DNA of 64,000 bases from Owenia fusiformis (lineage: Eukaryota), in assembly GCA_903813345.2 (NCBI GenBank), contig CAIIXF020000001.1:44082001-44146000 (forward strand), written 5' to 3'. Under the pieces are notes generated by a model. The model saw nothing but the letters and a program-made list of their open reading frames with translations. It searched no databases and had not been told where the DNA came from. Shown in pieces: positions 1 through 11,897 of the stretch. Position numbers and translations under genes: made by a program. The first letter of the stretch is position 1. Every line of letters starts with the position of its first letter.

Positions 1-3000
1 TTCTTAACATTTAGAAAAAACATTACACAAGGTTTGATGCCTGTTTTATCTACTATTTCTGCCTTCAATTTTACCTTATATTCAGGCTATTGACATCACA
101 GAAGACCAAGAAGTCTCTTGTGTATTTAAAAATTAAATTATTTTTTCATTTTTATAATTACACGAGTTATTCCAATATTCCAAAGCATTCAAATCTAACT
201 TCAGTCCAGACTTATATATGATTAAACCCCCCTCCCTTCCACCAGTACATTAATCTAGATATCAACAAAAACCAAAAAAAGACTTAACAGAAACAGAAAT
301 AAATACTTATTTAAATTTCAGTAAATGTTATTCAGTAATGTTTAACTTGCACACAATTGTGAATGATGCCCAATTGTTCAGTCCTAACTTCAATCCAAAC
401 TAATATTTGATTTTGGTTTGATTTGATTCTACCAGAACATCAATCTAGATATCAACGGAAACTGAAATAAAGACTTCAATTTCAGTAAATGTTATTCAGT
501 AGTCTCTGTTTTACTTGCACATAACAATGAATTATGCCAAAGCACTCAGCCCTTACTTCGGTCCATGGGCTCTGTTTGGTAGAGCCCATGTTCAGTCCAG
601 ACTAATATTTGGGTTATCCCCTCCCTACTTCTACTAGTACACCAAAAATTAAGGTTTATTTCAATTTCAATATAAGTTAACATTTTAATTTTCTTTGAAA
701 ATGTGACTTCTAGGTCAGAGAGATTCCCTATTGACCCCATGTTATAAAATCTTATGAAGTGAAATTTCTATTCTAGGGTTGGACAGATAATATATTCTTT
801 TACTGGACATATTTTCAATATTGTATAATTATGAGACACATAAGGGTTAAACGAAAACTGATCCACTAAAACTGATGAATATTCTTATATACCTGCCATG
901 TTAATTGACTCAAGAGTTTTGTTACAAAGTTTAGAAAACTGATTTGACTCATTAGAAATATACATGTCCACAATTGTGATTTCTTAAGAATACAATTGAT
1001 CACACCTCCCCCACCCCCTGGCTTAGCCAATGCTAATAACAAGATTTATTTAATACATGGTAGAAACTTGAAAATGTCTAATATGCTTTAAAACAACTAC
1101 TAGTTATATATATGTCATTATAGACGAGTAATATAAAAATTTCTAATCAATCTCAATAAGCTGATATTCAAAAGTTTAAAGTTCCATGACTTTTCTTTTG
1201 GTAATATCTAATAGTTTACATTGCTTCAATTAAATGTGTTGCATTGTCGGCCATTTTGGTCGGATGGCTAATTAAAGTCGGCCATTTTGGTCGGATAGCT
1301 AATTAAAGTCGGCCATTTTGGTTGGATGGCTAATTACTTTGTTATTGATATTATTTGCATTGACAGTTGTCATGCCAACTGGTAAATGATAATTTGAAAA
1401 TAATTTTACAAATGCTGTTTCCGGATAATAAAATATTTTGCAATTTTTGCTTTACATGATAAAGCGTTTTAAAAAATGTGAAATTACATGTGGCATTGAT
1501 TTCTTAATCTTGGGTCTAAATCCGCATAGAGCTCATGTTATCCTGAAAAGTGAAATATCTTGATAAATACTGAAAAGATGATATTTGATGAATAAAATTT
1601 ACAAATCTTTAGAGATAGTTTGATGTTTTAGTGTGAAAATCAAAATTAGCAAGATAAATGGTACCAATCAAAAACCTGGGGGGGGGTTCACTGTAAACTT
1701 GGAATCACAAATCTTTCCAATGAATCAGATGTATGAAAAAAGCTTGATTGTAGACTATGTTCTCTAAAACATTATACAAATAGGTGATTTACTAATCTTT
1801 AGAGATAGTTTGATATTCATAGAGTGAAAATCAAAATAAGCAAGATAAGTGGTTTTCCCAACCACACAAAAACCTAAGAATCATAAATCTTTCCAATGAA
1901 TCCGATGTATAAAATAAGCTTGATATGAGACTATGTTCTCTAAAAAGTTATACAGGTAACAAAACTTAAAAGGCCGTCAGACTCTTTGTTATTTTAAGAC
2001 AAATATAATCAGAGCAATCAGACATCCTTATTAAATTCTTGACTGTGCTTCTTAACATTTAGAAAAAACATTACACAAGGTTTGATGCCTGTTTTATCTA
2101 CTATTTTTGCCTGTAATTTTATCTTATATTCAGGCATATGCATCACATAAGACCAAGTAGTCTCTTGTGTATTTAAAAAATTAAATTATTTTTTCATTTT
2201 TATAATTACACGAGTTATTCCAATATTCCAAAGCATTTGAATCTAACTTCAGTCCAGACTTATATTTGATTAAACCCCCCTCCCTTCCACCAGTACATTA
2301 ATCTAGATATCAACAAAACTAAAAAAAAGACTTAACAGAAACAGAAATAAATAATTATTTAAATTTCAGTAAATGATATTCAGTAATGTTTAACTTGCAC
2401 ACAATTTTGAATGATGACAAATTGTTCAGTCCTAACTTCAATCCAAACTAATATTTGATTTTGGTTTGATTTGATTCTACCAGAACATCAATCTAGATAT
2501 CAATAGAAACTGAAATAAAGACTTCAATTTCAGTAAATGTTATTCAGTAGTCTCTGTTTTACTTGCACATAACAATGAATTATGCCAAAGCACTCAGCCC
2601 TTACTTTGGTCCATGGGCTCTGTTTGGTAGAGCCCATGTTCAGTCCAGACTAATATTTGGGTTATCCCCTCCCTCCTTCTACTAGTACACCAAAAATTAA
2701 GGCTTATTTCAATTTCAGTATAAGTTAACATTTTAGTTTTCTTTGAAAATGTGACTTCTAGGTCAGAGAGATTCCCTATTGACCCCATGTTATAAAATCA
2801 CATAAAGTGAAATATCTATTCTAGGGTTGGACAGATAATATTTTCTTTTACTGGACATATTTTCAATATTGTATAATTATGAGACACATAAGGGTTAGAC
2901 GAAAACTGATCCACTAAAACTGATGATTATTCTTATATACCTGCCATGTTAATTGACACAAGAGTTTTGTTACAAAGTTTAGAAAACTGATTTGACTCAT

Positions 3001-4085
3001 TAGAAATATACATGTCCACACTTGTGATTTTTTAAGAATACAAATGATCACACTTCCCCCACCCCCTGGCTTAGCCAATGCTAATAACAAGACATATTTA
3101 ATACATGGTAGAAACGTGAAAATGTCTAATATGCTCTAAAACAACTACTAGTTATATATATATGTCATTATAGACAAGTAATATAAAAAAATTCTAATCA
3201 ATCTCAATAAGCTGATATTCAAAAGTTTAAAGTTCCATGACTTTTCTTTTGGTAATATCTAATAGTTTACATTGCTTCAATTAAATGTGTTGCATTGTCA
3301 GCCATTTTGGTCGGATGGCTAATTAAAGTCGGCCATTTTGGTCGGATAGCTAATTAAAGTCGGCCATTTTGGTTGGATGGCTAATTACTTTGTTATTGAT
3401 ATTATTTGCATTGACAGTTGTCATGCCAACTGGTAAATGATAATTTGAAATAATTTTACAAATGCTGTTTCCGGATAATAAAATATTTTGCAATTTTTGC
3501 TTTACATGATAAAGCGTTTTAAAAAATGTGAAATTACATGTGGCATTGATTTCTTAATCTTGGGTCTAAATCCGCATAGAGCTCATGTTATCCTGAAAAG
3601 TGAAATATCTTGATAAGTACTGAAAAGATGATATTTGATGAATAAAATTTACAAATCTTTAGAGATAGTTTGATGTTCTAGTGTGAAAATCAAAATTAGC
3701 AAGATAAATGGTACCAATCAAAAACCTGGGGGGGGGGGGGGTTCACTGTAAACTTGGAATCACAAATCTTTCCAATGAATCAGATGTATGAAAAAAGCTT
3801 GATTGTAGACTATGTTCTCCAAAACAATATACAAAAAGGTGATTTACTAATCTTTAGAGATAGTTTGATATTCATAGAGTAAAAATCAAAATAAGCAAGA
3901 TAAGTTTTCCCAACCACACAAAAACAAATTCATAAATCTTTCCAATTAATCAGATGTACAAAATAAGCTTGATATGAGGCTATGTTCTCTAAAAAGTTAT
4001 ATAAGTAACAAAACTTAAAAGGCCGTCAGACTCTTTGTTATTTTAAGACAGTTTAATCAGAGCAATCAGACATCCCAATCAAATT
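1..4085. repeat. ~2,048-bp tandem (segmental) duplication, two near-identical copies
   Basis: The sequence at 1 (ttcttaacatttagaaaaaacattacac) recurs at 2049. The copies stay colinear with scattered SNPs and small indels to ~4085. The 64-aa ORFs at 546-740 and 2594-2788 are duplicates. Diverged partial copies lie at ~4225-4340 and ~4680-4780. Confidence 0.95.
1247..1336. repeat. 31-bp minisatellite x3 (gtcggccattttggtcggatggctaattaaa), also at ~3297-3386
   Basis: Three tandem units are directly visible in each copy of the 2-kb duplication. Confidence 0.9.
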
Positions 4086-6274
4086 CAATAGACTAGGTGT
4101 GAGTAGAAATAATCTTTATTTACATCATTAAAAATTCTGTCAAACTGATATCATATTTGGAATCTACATGTAAGATTACATCTAGAAATGTGGTTTTGAA
4201 AAGAGTTTATCAACTTTGAAAATTTAATTTTCTTTGAAAATGTGACTTCTAGGTCAGGGAGATTCCCCATAGACCCCATGTTGTAAAATCACAAAAAGTT
4301 AAATATCTTTTCTTGTGTTGGGCAGATAACATTTTCCTTTATTTTTATATTTTTAGTATAGTTCTGATTCTATTCTCTTAAGATTCTGATAATCATATGT
4401 CTTATGTCTCTTAAAGCTAGAAGAAAACAAATATACAAGTAATTGTTTTCACTAAAGAATGTTGTGATAATAAGTTAAAGGATTATTAAAGGACTAAAGG
4501 ATTATTAATTCATGGTCCTGATTTTAAGTCTTCTGTTACTCTAAATTGAATGGCGGTAATTGCATTGTCTACCTGGTCACTGTCATCAAGGACCTAGACA
4601 GGATATGTCTGGTCATGTATGACTGTTAATGTTATGATAGGGATTAAGGTCCAATAACATAGACTTTACATGTATCTCACTTATTTCAATTTCAATGAAT
4701 GTTATTCAGTAGCTTTTGTTTTACTTGCACACAATTTTGAATTATGCCTTATTCAGTCTTTACTTCAGTCCAGACTTATAGTCCCTGAGCTGATTTTTCT
4801 AAGAGCTCTAGATAAGGAGTTTGTTGTCCGGGTGTCAGCCACAAAAACCAACTCCTCCATAGTGTTCTTACATATATGGTCCACACTGGGTTATGGTATG
4901 TTTTTCTGGTAACAGGGGCTTTCATTTAGAAAATGATGTATTGACCTAACATGGGGATATATCCACTATAGACTTATCATAGGGATATCATCATATTCCA
5001 AAGTCATCATAGATATTTGTTTGGGTAAAGTTTCTGTCACCCTGTACCTTTTATACATGCCACATTACCCTTTTTGAAGCATTAGACAGTGTTTCCTATT
5101 ACTGAAACACCAAAACATTGGGCCATGCAGATTTTTACTATTGCAGACGTTTGCACCCTTTGGGTACCATCTTATTGACATTTTTCAAATTATGTTCTCT
5201 TGCTAATCTAAAGTACTTAGGGATAACAGTACTTTGAAACAAAATTTCATTTTTTAGGAGCAGCTCAGGGACTATTATGTTTGGACATCCCATGTAATAC
5301 ATGAACTCTAAATCGAATGTTATACTTAATTACTGATAATAAAACAGGTTACCTTTACCTTGGTCCAAGATAAGGTTACCTGGATTCATTTTTGCAAAGA
5401 TATAATTCATAATTTTGCTTCAATTTGGAAAAGTACATATGGTATATATTTTGGATTAATTGATTGATCTCCAAAAGGTTAACTTTTACCCCTCTTCAAT
5501 ATAGTTGTAATTACATTGTGGACATGCATTAACATCAACATTTTTTCAGGCATACTTCTACGGTCATTCACTGAATTTGAACTCATGATGGTTGCAATAG
5601 TTGCAATTGTAAAAATGTTCAATGTTTGAATGCGACCATTGCAACCATTGCAGATTTCAATGAGTAATGGTTGTAGATGGTTGCATTTAAAAATGCAATG
5701 ATCGCATGTTAATGGTTGCTTAACCATTGCACATTGTGAAATTCTAATGGTTACAGCCAATGGTTGCACAATGATTGCATGTCATTTTGCAATGGCTTTT
5801 CCTTTGATCTAAATGGTTGAAGCAATCATTAATCGATGATTGCTTGCGATGGTTTGTTTTCGGAATTTCAAGGTCGGATTTTTTATAAGGGCAGGTCGAA
5901 AATCTCAATAAAATAAATTGATTTCTCTGAAACAATGAAAAAAGTGTTTAAAAAGATATTATAAACCAGAGAGTAGAACTTACATAGAGCTTTGTTTTTG
6001 TTTCTCATACAAATATAGATATTTAGAATGCAGAATGCAAACTTCCTTAAAAATTTAATCATGTGTTAAATATCCATGATCCTCTGTTTCTTAATGTATA
6101 CCAAAACAGAATAATGCAGCAAAGTGTTAGTTAGCATACTTTATACTCAAAAGTATATGAATACCATATTTGTATTTTATTCCACTGAGCATGTAATATT
6201 ACAGAGACACCCACAATTTCTAAATGCTATATTTTATTTGAAATGTATTAACTTTGATAGTATGTCACTTTCAG

Positions 6275-9200
6275 ATGTTTCTATGAGCCATTGGAAAGCC
6301 AACCAAGTGTTAGCATGGCTGGAGATCACTATGTGTATGCCTAGCTATGGGAAAAAATGCATAGAAAATGTGAAAAGTGGCAAGGTAATATACATACGAG
6401 TAATATAATGAAGGTCAAGGTTTCTCTCAAATGGGCCATTATTTTATATATCTTATGAAAATTTTAAATCTTAAAACTTTTTTCGGATTTTATTGATCAA
6501 CCTGATCTAACAAACTCATATGCATAACACATCATGTACATATTGTTGACGTCACTACAGCTATTTTATTTAAATGTCACATTGCAGGTTCTGCTTGGTC
6601 TAAGTGACTCGGAGCTAGAATCAGCGTTAGGGATCAACAGCTATTTACACAGGCGGAAACTGCGCCTAGCCATAGAGGAATACAGGGACCCTACTTCAAG
6701 GTACAGGGTGATTCAATAAAATGCAATTTTCTTATTTTGGAACAGCTTCCTCATGATAGAATTTCCATTGTCTTGTGTGGTTTAGTGTTCAGTGTGTGAA
6801 ATAGTTACATGCCCTTAGTCAGCTTTTGCCAAGGGGGTTCACTTTTGACAATTTTGATCCAAAAATATATCAATTAAAGATGCCAATTTAAAATATTTTG
6901 CTAACTTTGCAAGATGAATGTTTTTTGTTAGTTCCAAAGATCCCTTCCCATCTCTCTCTAAGATGAACAAACGTTGCTGGTTCACAATAATGTTCATCAT
7001 ATAGGGGATTAATTGTGTTCTTATATATGAGATAAAATGTAATGAAACTTTATTTACAGTAAGTTTCCAAAGGCTTCCACTATTGACCACACATGGGTGT
7101 CATTAAAGTGGCTACATGACATAGGTTTACCACAATACAGCACTGTGTTCGAAACCCTTCTCATAGATGGCAGGGTGCTCAATACATTACAAAAGAAACA
7201 TATCGAGAAACATCTGAACGTCCATCGCAAGTTTCATCAATCTAGTCTCCTACATGGTGTTGAGCTGTTGAGAAGGCTCAACTTTGACAAAGAGGTAAGT
7301 TTATAATCCGGAGTATACAACGTGTGTACAATGAATAAATAAATTCTAGGAAATGAGTGGAACAGGAGGAGGCTGATTGGGGCTTCATTTAATATTTTGG
7401 TGTTATTTCTGTATTAGCTCACATATGTAGAACCTATCCATCAGTCTATTAAGTCCCTTTGTCTGCATCTCTCAGCTTGTCAATAGATTCCCGAATTATC
7501 CCTGAATTAATGATGCCTATGATGCTTTTGATGGGGTATATAATCATACTTTCATGCTTGTTTTGGAGAATCAAACATTGCAGCTCTTTCAGATTAAACA
7601 GGGATCTGTCGGTTCAGATATTCTTATTCCTAAACAAAAGTATGGGAAACAAAATTAAAAGAGCATACAAAGTTCTCTTTAAAAGGAAGAACTGAAGAGG
7701 GGATGCGTACCCCAACTACCCCTTCCCCAAAGCCTACCCCAACTCTTCAATCATATGTTGAGAATATATTAATCCAAACCTGTCCAATTAATTACATATA
7801 CTGTACATATTCATTTCGCTTTCCCACCCTATTTTAAAACAAGGATATATTAAATAACAGCTCGTTGATATGATGATATATATATTCTAGGCATTGCTGG
7901 CTCGAAGGAAGGCATGTGAGAACTCAGACTTTGACCCAATTGTCTGGAGTAACCAGAGAGTCGTCAAGTGGATTAACAGTATAGACCTACAGGTATGTCA
8001 AAAGTATAAAGTTACAGGTTTGTCAAAAGTATAGACCTACAGGTATGTCAAAAGTATAAAGTTACAGGTTTGTCAAAAGTATAAAGTTACAGGTTTGTCA
8101 AAAGTATAGACCTACAGGTATGTCAAAAGTATAGACCTACAGGTATTTCAAAAGTATATACCTACAGGTATGTCAAAAGTATAGACCTACAGGTATGTCA
8201 AAAGAATAGAGCTACAGGTATTTCAAAAGTATAGACCTACAGGTATGTCAAAAGTATATACCTACAGGTATGTCAAAAGTATAAAGTTACAGGTTTGTCA
8301 AAAGTATAGACCTACAGGTATGTCAAAAGTATAAAGTTACAGGTTTGTCAAAAGTATAAAGTTACAGGTTTGTCAAAAGTATAAAGTTACAGGTATGTCA
8401 AAAGTATAGACCTACAGGTATGTCAAAAGTATAGACCTACAGGTATTTCAAAAGTATATACCTACAGGTATGTCAAAAGTATAGACCTACAGGTATGTCA
8501 AAAGTATAGACCTACAGGTATTTCAAAAGTATAGACCTACAGGTATGTCAAAAGTATATACCTACAGGTATGTCAAAAGTATAGACCTACAGGTATGTCA
8601 AAAGTATAGACCTACAGGTATGTCAAAAGTATAGACCTACAGGTATGTCAAAAGTATAGACCTACAGGTATGTCAAAAGTATAAAAGTACAGGTATGTCA
8701 AAAATATAAAGTTACAGGTATGTCAAAAGTATAAAGTTACAGGTATGTCAAAAGTATAAAGATACAGGGATGTCAAAAGTATATACCTACAGGAATGTCA
8801 AAAGTATAGAGTTAATGGTATGTTAAAAGTATAGACCTAGGTATGTCAAAAGTACAAAGTTACAGGTATGTCAAAAGTATAAAGTTACAGGTATGTCAAA
8901 AGTATAAAGATACAGGGATGTCAAAAGTATATACCTACAGGAATGTCAAAAGTATAGAGTTAATGGTATGTTAAAAGTATAGACCTAGGTATGTCAAAAG
9001 TACAAAGTTACAGGTATGTCAAAAGTATAAAGTTACAGGTATGTCAAAAGTATAAAGATACAGGGATGTCAAAAGTATATACCTACAGGAATGTCAAAAG
9101 TATAGAGTTAATGGTATGTTAAAAGTATAGACCTAGGTATGTCAAAAGTACAAAGTTACAGGTATGTCAAAAGTATAAAGTTACAGGTATGTCAAAAGTA

Positions 9201-10399
9201 TAAAGATACAGGGATGTCAAAAGTATATACCTACAGGAATGTCAAAAGTATAGAGTTAATGGTATGTTAAAAGTATAGACCTAGGTATGTCAAAAGTACA
9301 AAGTTACAGGTATGTCAAAAGTGTAGAGTTACAGCTATGTCAAAAGTATAGACCTACAGGTATGTCAAAAGAACAAAGCTACAGGTATCTCAAAAGTATA
9401 GAGTTACGGGTATATCACAATTTACAGATATGTCCATATACATGTAGTATTATAGACCTTGGGTACAACATTCTCAGCTACAACAACTCCTACATCCAAG
9501 TTGTAACCATGTAAATCATTATGTTATAGTTAAGAAACAAACCCTTCTGGCAATGTACCCTTGCTGCCTGAAATATTTATGTGGATATGAAAATTATTTC
9601 ACAGATATTGCTTTTCCAATTGGTATGAGGTGAGTTATACTGCAGTAATCACTTTCAAATGTTTAAATGCCTCTATTATTATTTGGAATTGCATTTCTGG
9701 ATATACATATAGGTTATTTACTGGGAGGGATTGAATATGGGTTTTATTCCGAGGGACAATATGATATTGACAGAAGGGTAATATGATATTGACCGAGGGA
9801 GCCCAACAACCAAGTGTGAATATAATATTGCTTAAGGCAATACATCCCTATAAAATGTTACATTTGGATAATGCAAAAATTATAGTAATCTACTTTGTTT
9901 GAAGTTAAATTTCAAAGTTATGTATCAAAGCCTTTATCAATTAGTCAAGGTTGAAAATAACCAAGAAACCCAAAATAGGTTAATACACTCCAATACAATT
10001 TTTTCTCGGACACAATATGATTTTCTCATGTAATAAGCTCAAATACGATTTTTTCCCGGGGACAATACTATTTTTTCATGTAATACGATTCAATACGATT
10101 TTTATTCCTTCATAATACCCTGGGAAAACAGTAGTATTGTGGAATAATTACATGTATATATGTGCACTTTTGGGTATCCAATACAGCCGTTGTATATATT
10201 AAGAATATACTGTAACTCTACATTACTTATAGGAGTATGCAGATAATCTGTTAGAGAGTGGAGTACATGGAGCCATGTTGGTACTGGAACCCAGCTTGAC
10301 TGCAGACACCCTTGCAACTGCCCTCTCTATCCCTCCATCCAAGTCATATGTTAGGAGGCATCTCATGTCTGAGTGGAACAATGTCATACATCCTGCAAG
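6275..10399 (+). CDS. KAZN: Kazrin-like protein, triple SAM-domain region (partial; 5 exons)
   Basis: Exons 6275-6384, 6588-6700, 7060-7294, 7891-7992 and 10233-10399 all have AG/GT sites and matching phases. Joined translation: DVSMSHWKANQVLAWLEITMCMPSYGKKCIENVKSGK|VLLGLSDSELESALGINSYLHRRKLRLAIEEYRD...DHTWVSLKWLHDIGLPQY...IDGRVL...|...DPIVWSNQRVVKWINSIDLQ|EYADNLLESGVHGAMLVLEPSLTADTLATALSIPPSKSYVRRHL. This matches my recollection of the kazrin/liprin-type SAM1-3 region, closest to kazrin. The 5' exons and terminal exon were not identified. Confidence 0.88.
7978..9420 (+). repeat. 25-bp minisatellite (AGTATAGACCTACAG|GTATGTCAAA), ~55-58 units, starting at the kazrin exon 3' end and donor site
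   Basis: The first unit is the last 15 nt of exon 7891-7992 plus the first 10 nt of the intron. A 148-bp higher-order unit recurs at 8761, 8909, 9057 and 9205. Confidence 0.95.
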
Positions 10400-11163
10400 G
10401 TTGGTATATTTTCATCGCAAAACGTGCTGTATTGACGACATCTTGTTTCAGGTTTGTGTTAGTATTCTAAAGCATAACCAATGTCTAATTCAATGTTGTC
10501 TGAGTTCTAATGGATTATTTCTTGTCATTGTGACCTTGAACGTTTATATTTTAGTTGAGTTTTAATATACTATAGAGATATGAAACAGCTCATCAAAAAA
10601 TTCGGTAAAAGTGGAGGTTTGATTCAAAAAACAAAATGGCCACTCAAAAATGAGCTCTCTTGAATTATTGAAAATGAGAATCTTTAAGAAGCAGTCTATT
10701 ATAATGATGGGTCTAAACATATTTTATTAATTGAGATTTCTGAATCTGTGCAGGCCTTTCTAGTTCAAAACTGATTGCAGTGACCTTTTTATTCAATGAA
10801 GTAAAGATCTGAGAAACATAATAAGCGTAAGGGATGAAAAATAGGATATGTATTGAAATGAACAGGCATAAAAGCCTGAAACGATAAAACAAACCAATAA
10901 AAAGGGAATTTCATCAAAGCCTACTTTGAAGAGAAATCAGAGTCATCATTGTTCATATATATTATATATAAACTTATATTTAACATTTACATCTAAAACG
11001 CCCAAATAAATTATTCATTCATAAATTACATTATCCATTATTATACCAGCATTAGATATACAATACATCAATAAACCATTCATTGATTTAATTTAGAATC
11101 TCACAAGTTACATTGTACCTATTGTAGGATACTTTTTATGTTTTTTTTGTTTTTTTTAATTAA

Positions 11164-11553
11164 AGGACGATTCTCGGTTTGGAGAACAGTCTCCTGGGCT
11201 AATAATTTTTTCATGAAAAATATAGAAATATTACCCAAATTAAACTATGAATATTCAAAATAAGACATTTAAATCTACAAGATGTAAAAATAACAAATTG
11301 GTCTGAAGCAGGGATAACGCTCAATTAGACCGATTCAATAAAATAGAAGTCTCGATTTGGGGAAAGAAGTTCATCAGTGTACTGCGCTAATATTTTTTTT
11401 GCGAAAAATCTAGAAATATTACCCAAATTAAATTATGACTATTCAAAAGAAGACATTCAAATCTATATTATGTAAAAAAATCAAATTTGTCCGAAGCAGG
11501 GATAATGCTAATTTAGATTGATGAACTTCGTTCTCCAAACCGAGAATCGTCCT
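11164..11553. mobile_element. MITE with TIRs (AGGACGATTCTCGGTTTGGAGAAC), TTAA-type flank, Kolobok-like
   Basis: TIR at 11164-11187 and its reverse complement ending at 11553. Left flank TTAA, right flank TTAT. Contains an internal ~185-bp direct duplication. Confidence 0.7.
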
Positions 11554-11897
11554 TTATTTCAGTTAAACATAATTATATACATGTATGGTACAAAGATGAG
11601 GTTTCAAGTTCATAAAGAGTATTTAAGTTACTCACACATTTTTCAATATACAATTTGTGAATAGATAACTACGCTATCAGTATATTTTTGTAATTCTTTA
11701 CTTTACCTATTCCATATATTTGATTGGCAGTTATATTTGGGAAATGTTTAGTCCAAAATTCAGCAACTGCTTTGCATTTAACAAAATGATGCTCTAAATT
11801 ATCTATTTCATCACAGCTTATACATTTGCTTGAATTTGTATGTTAATACCCCATGACCATCAGCCGTTTCAATATCTAATGGCTTTTAAATGTCACA

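Noticed and set aside
546..2788. Duplicated 64-aa ORFs as a small gene pair
   Set aside because: No recognisable motif; their identity simply reflects the 2-kb duplication.
7978..9420. CRISPR-like array (also considered for 46900-48120 and 54575-55735)
   Set aside because: Contiguous repeats with no unique spacers and no cas genes, in a eukaryotic intronic or intergenic context.
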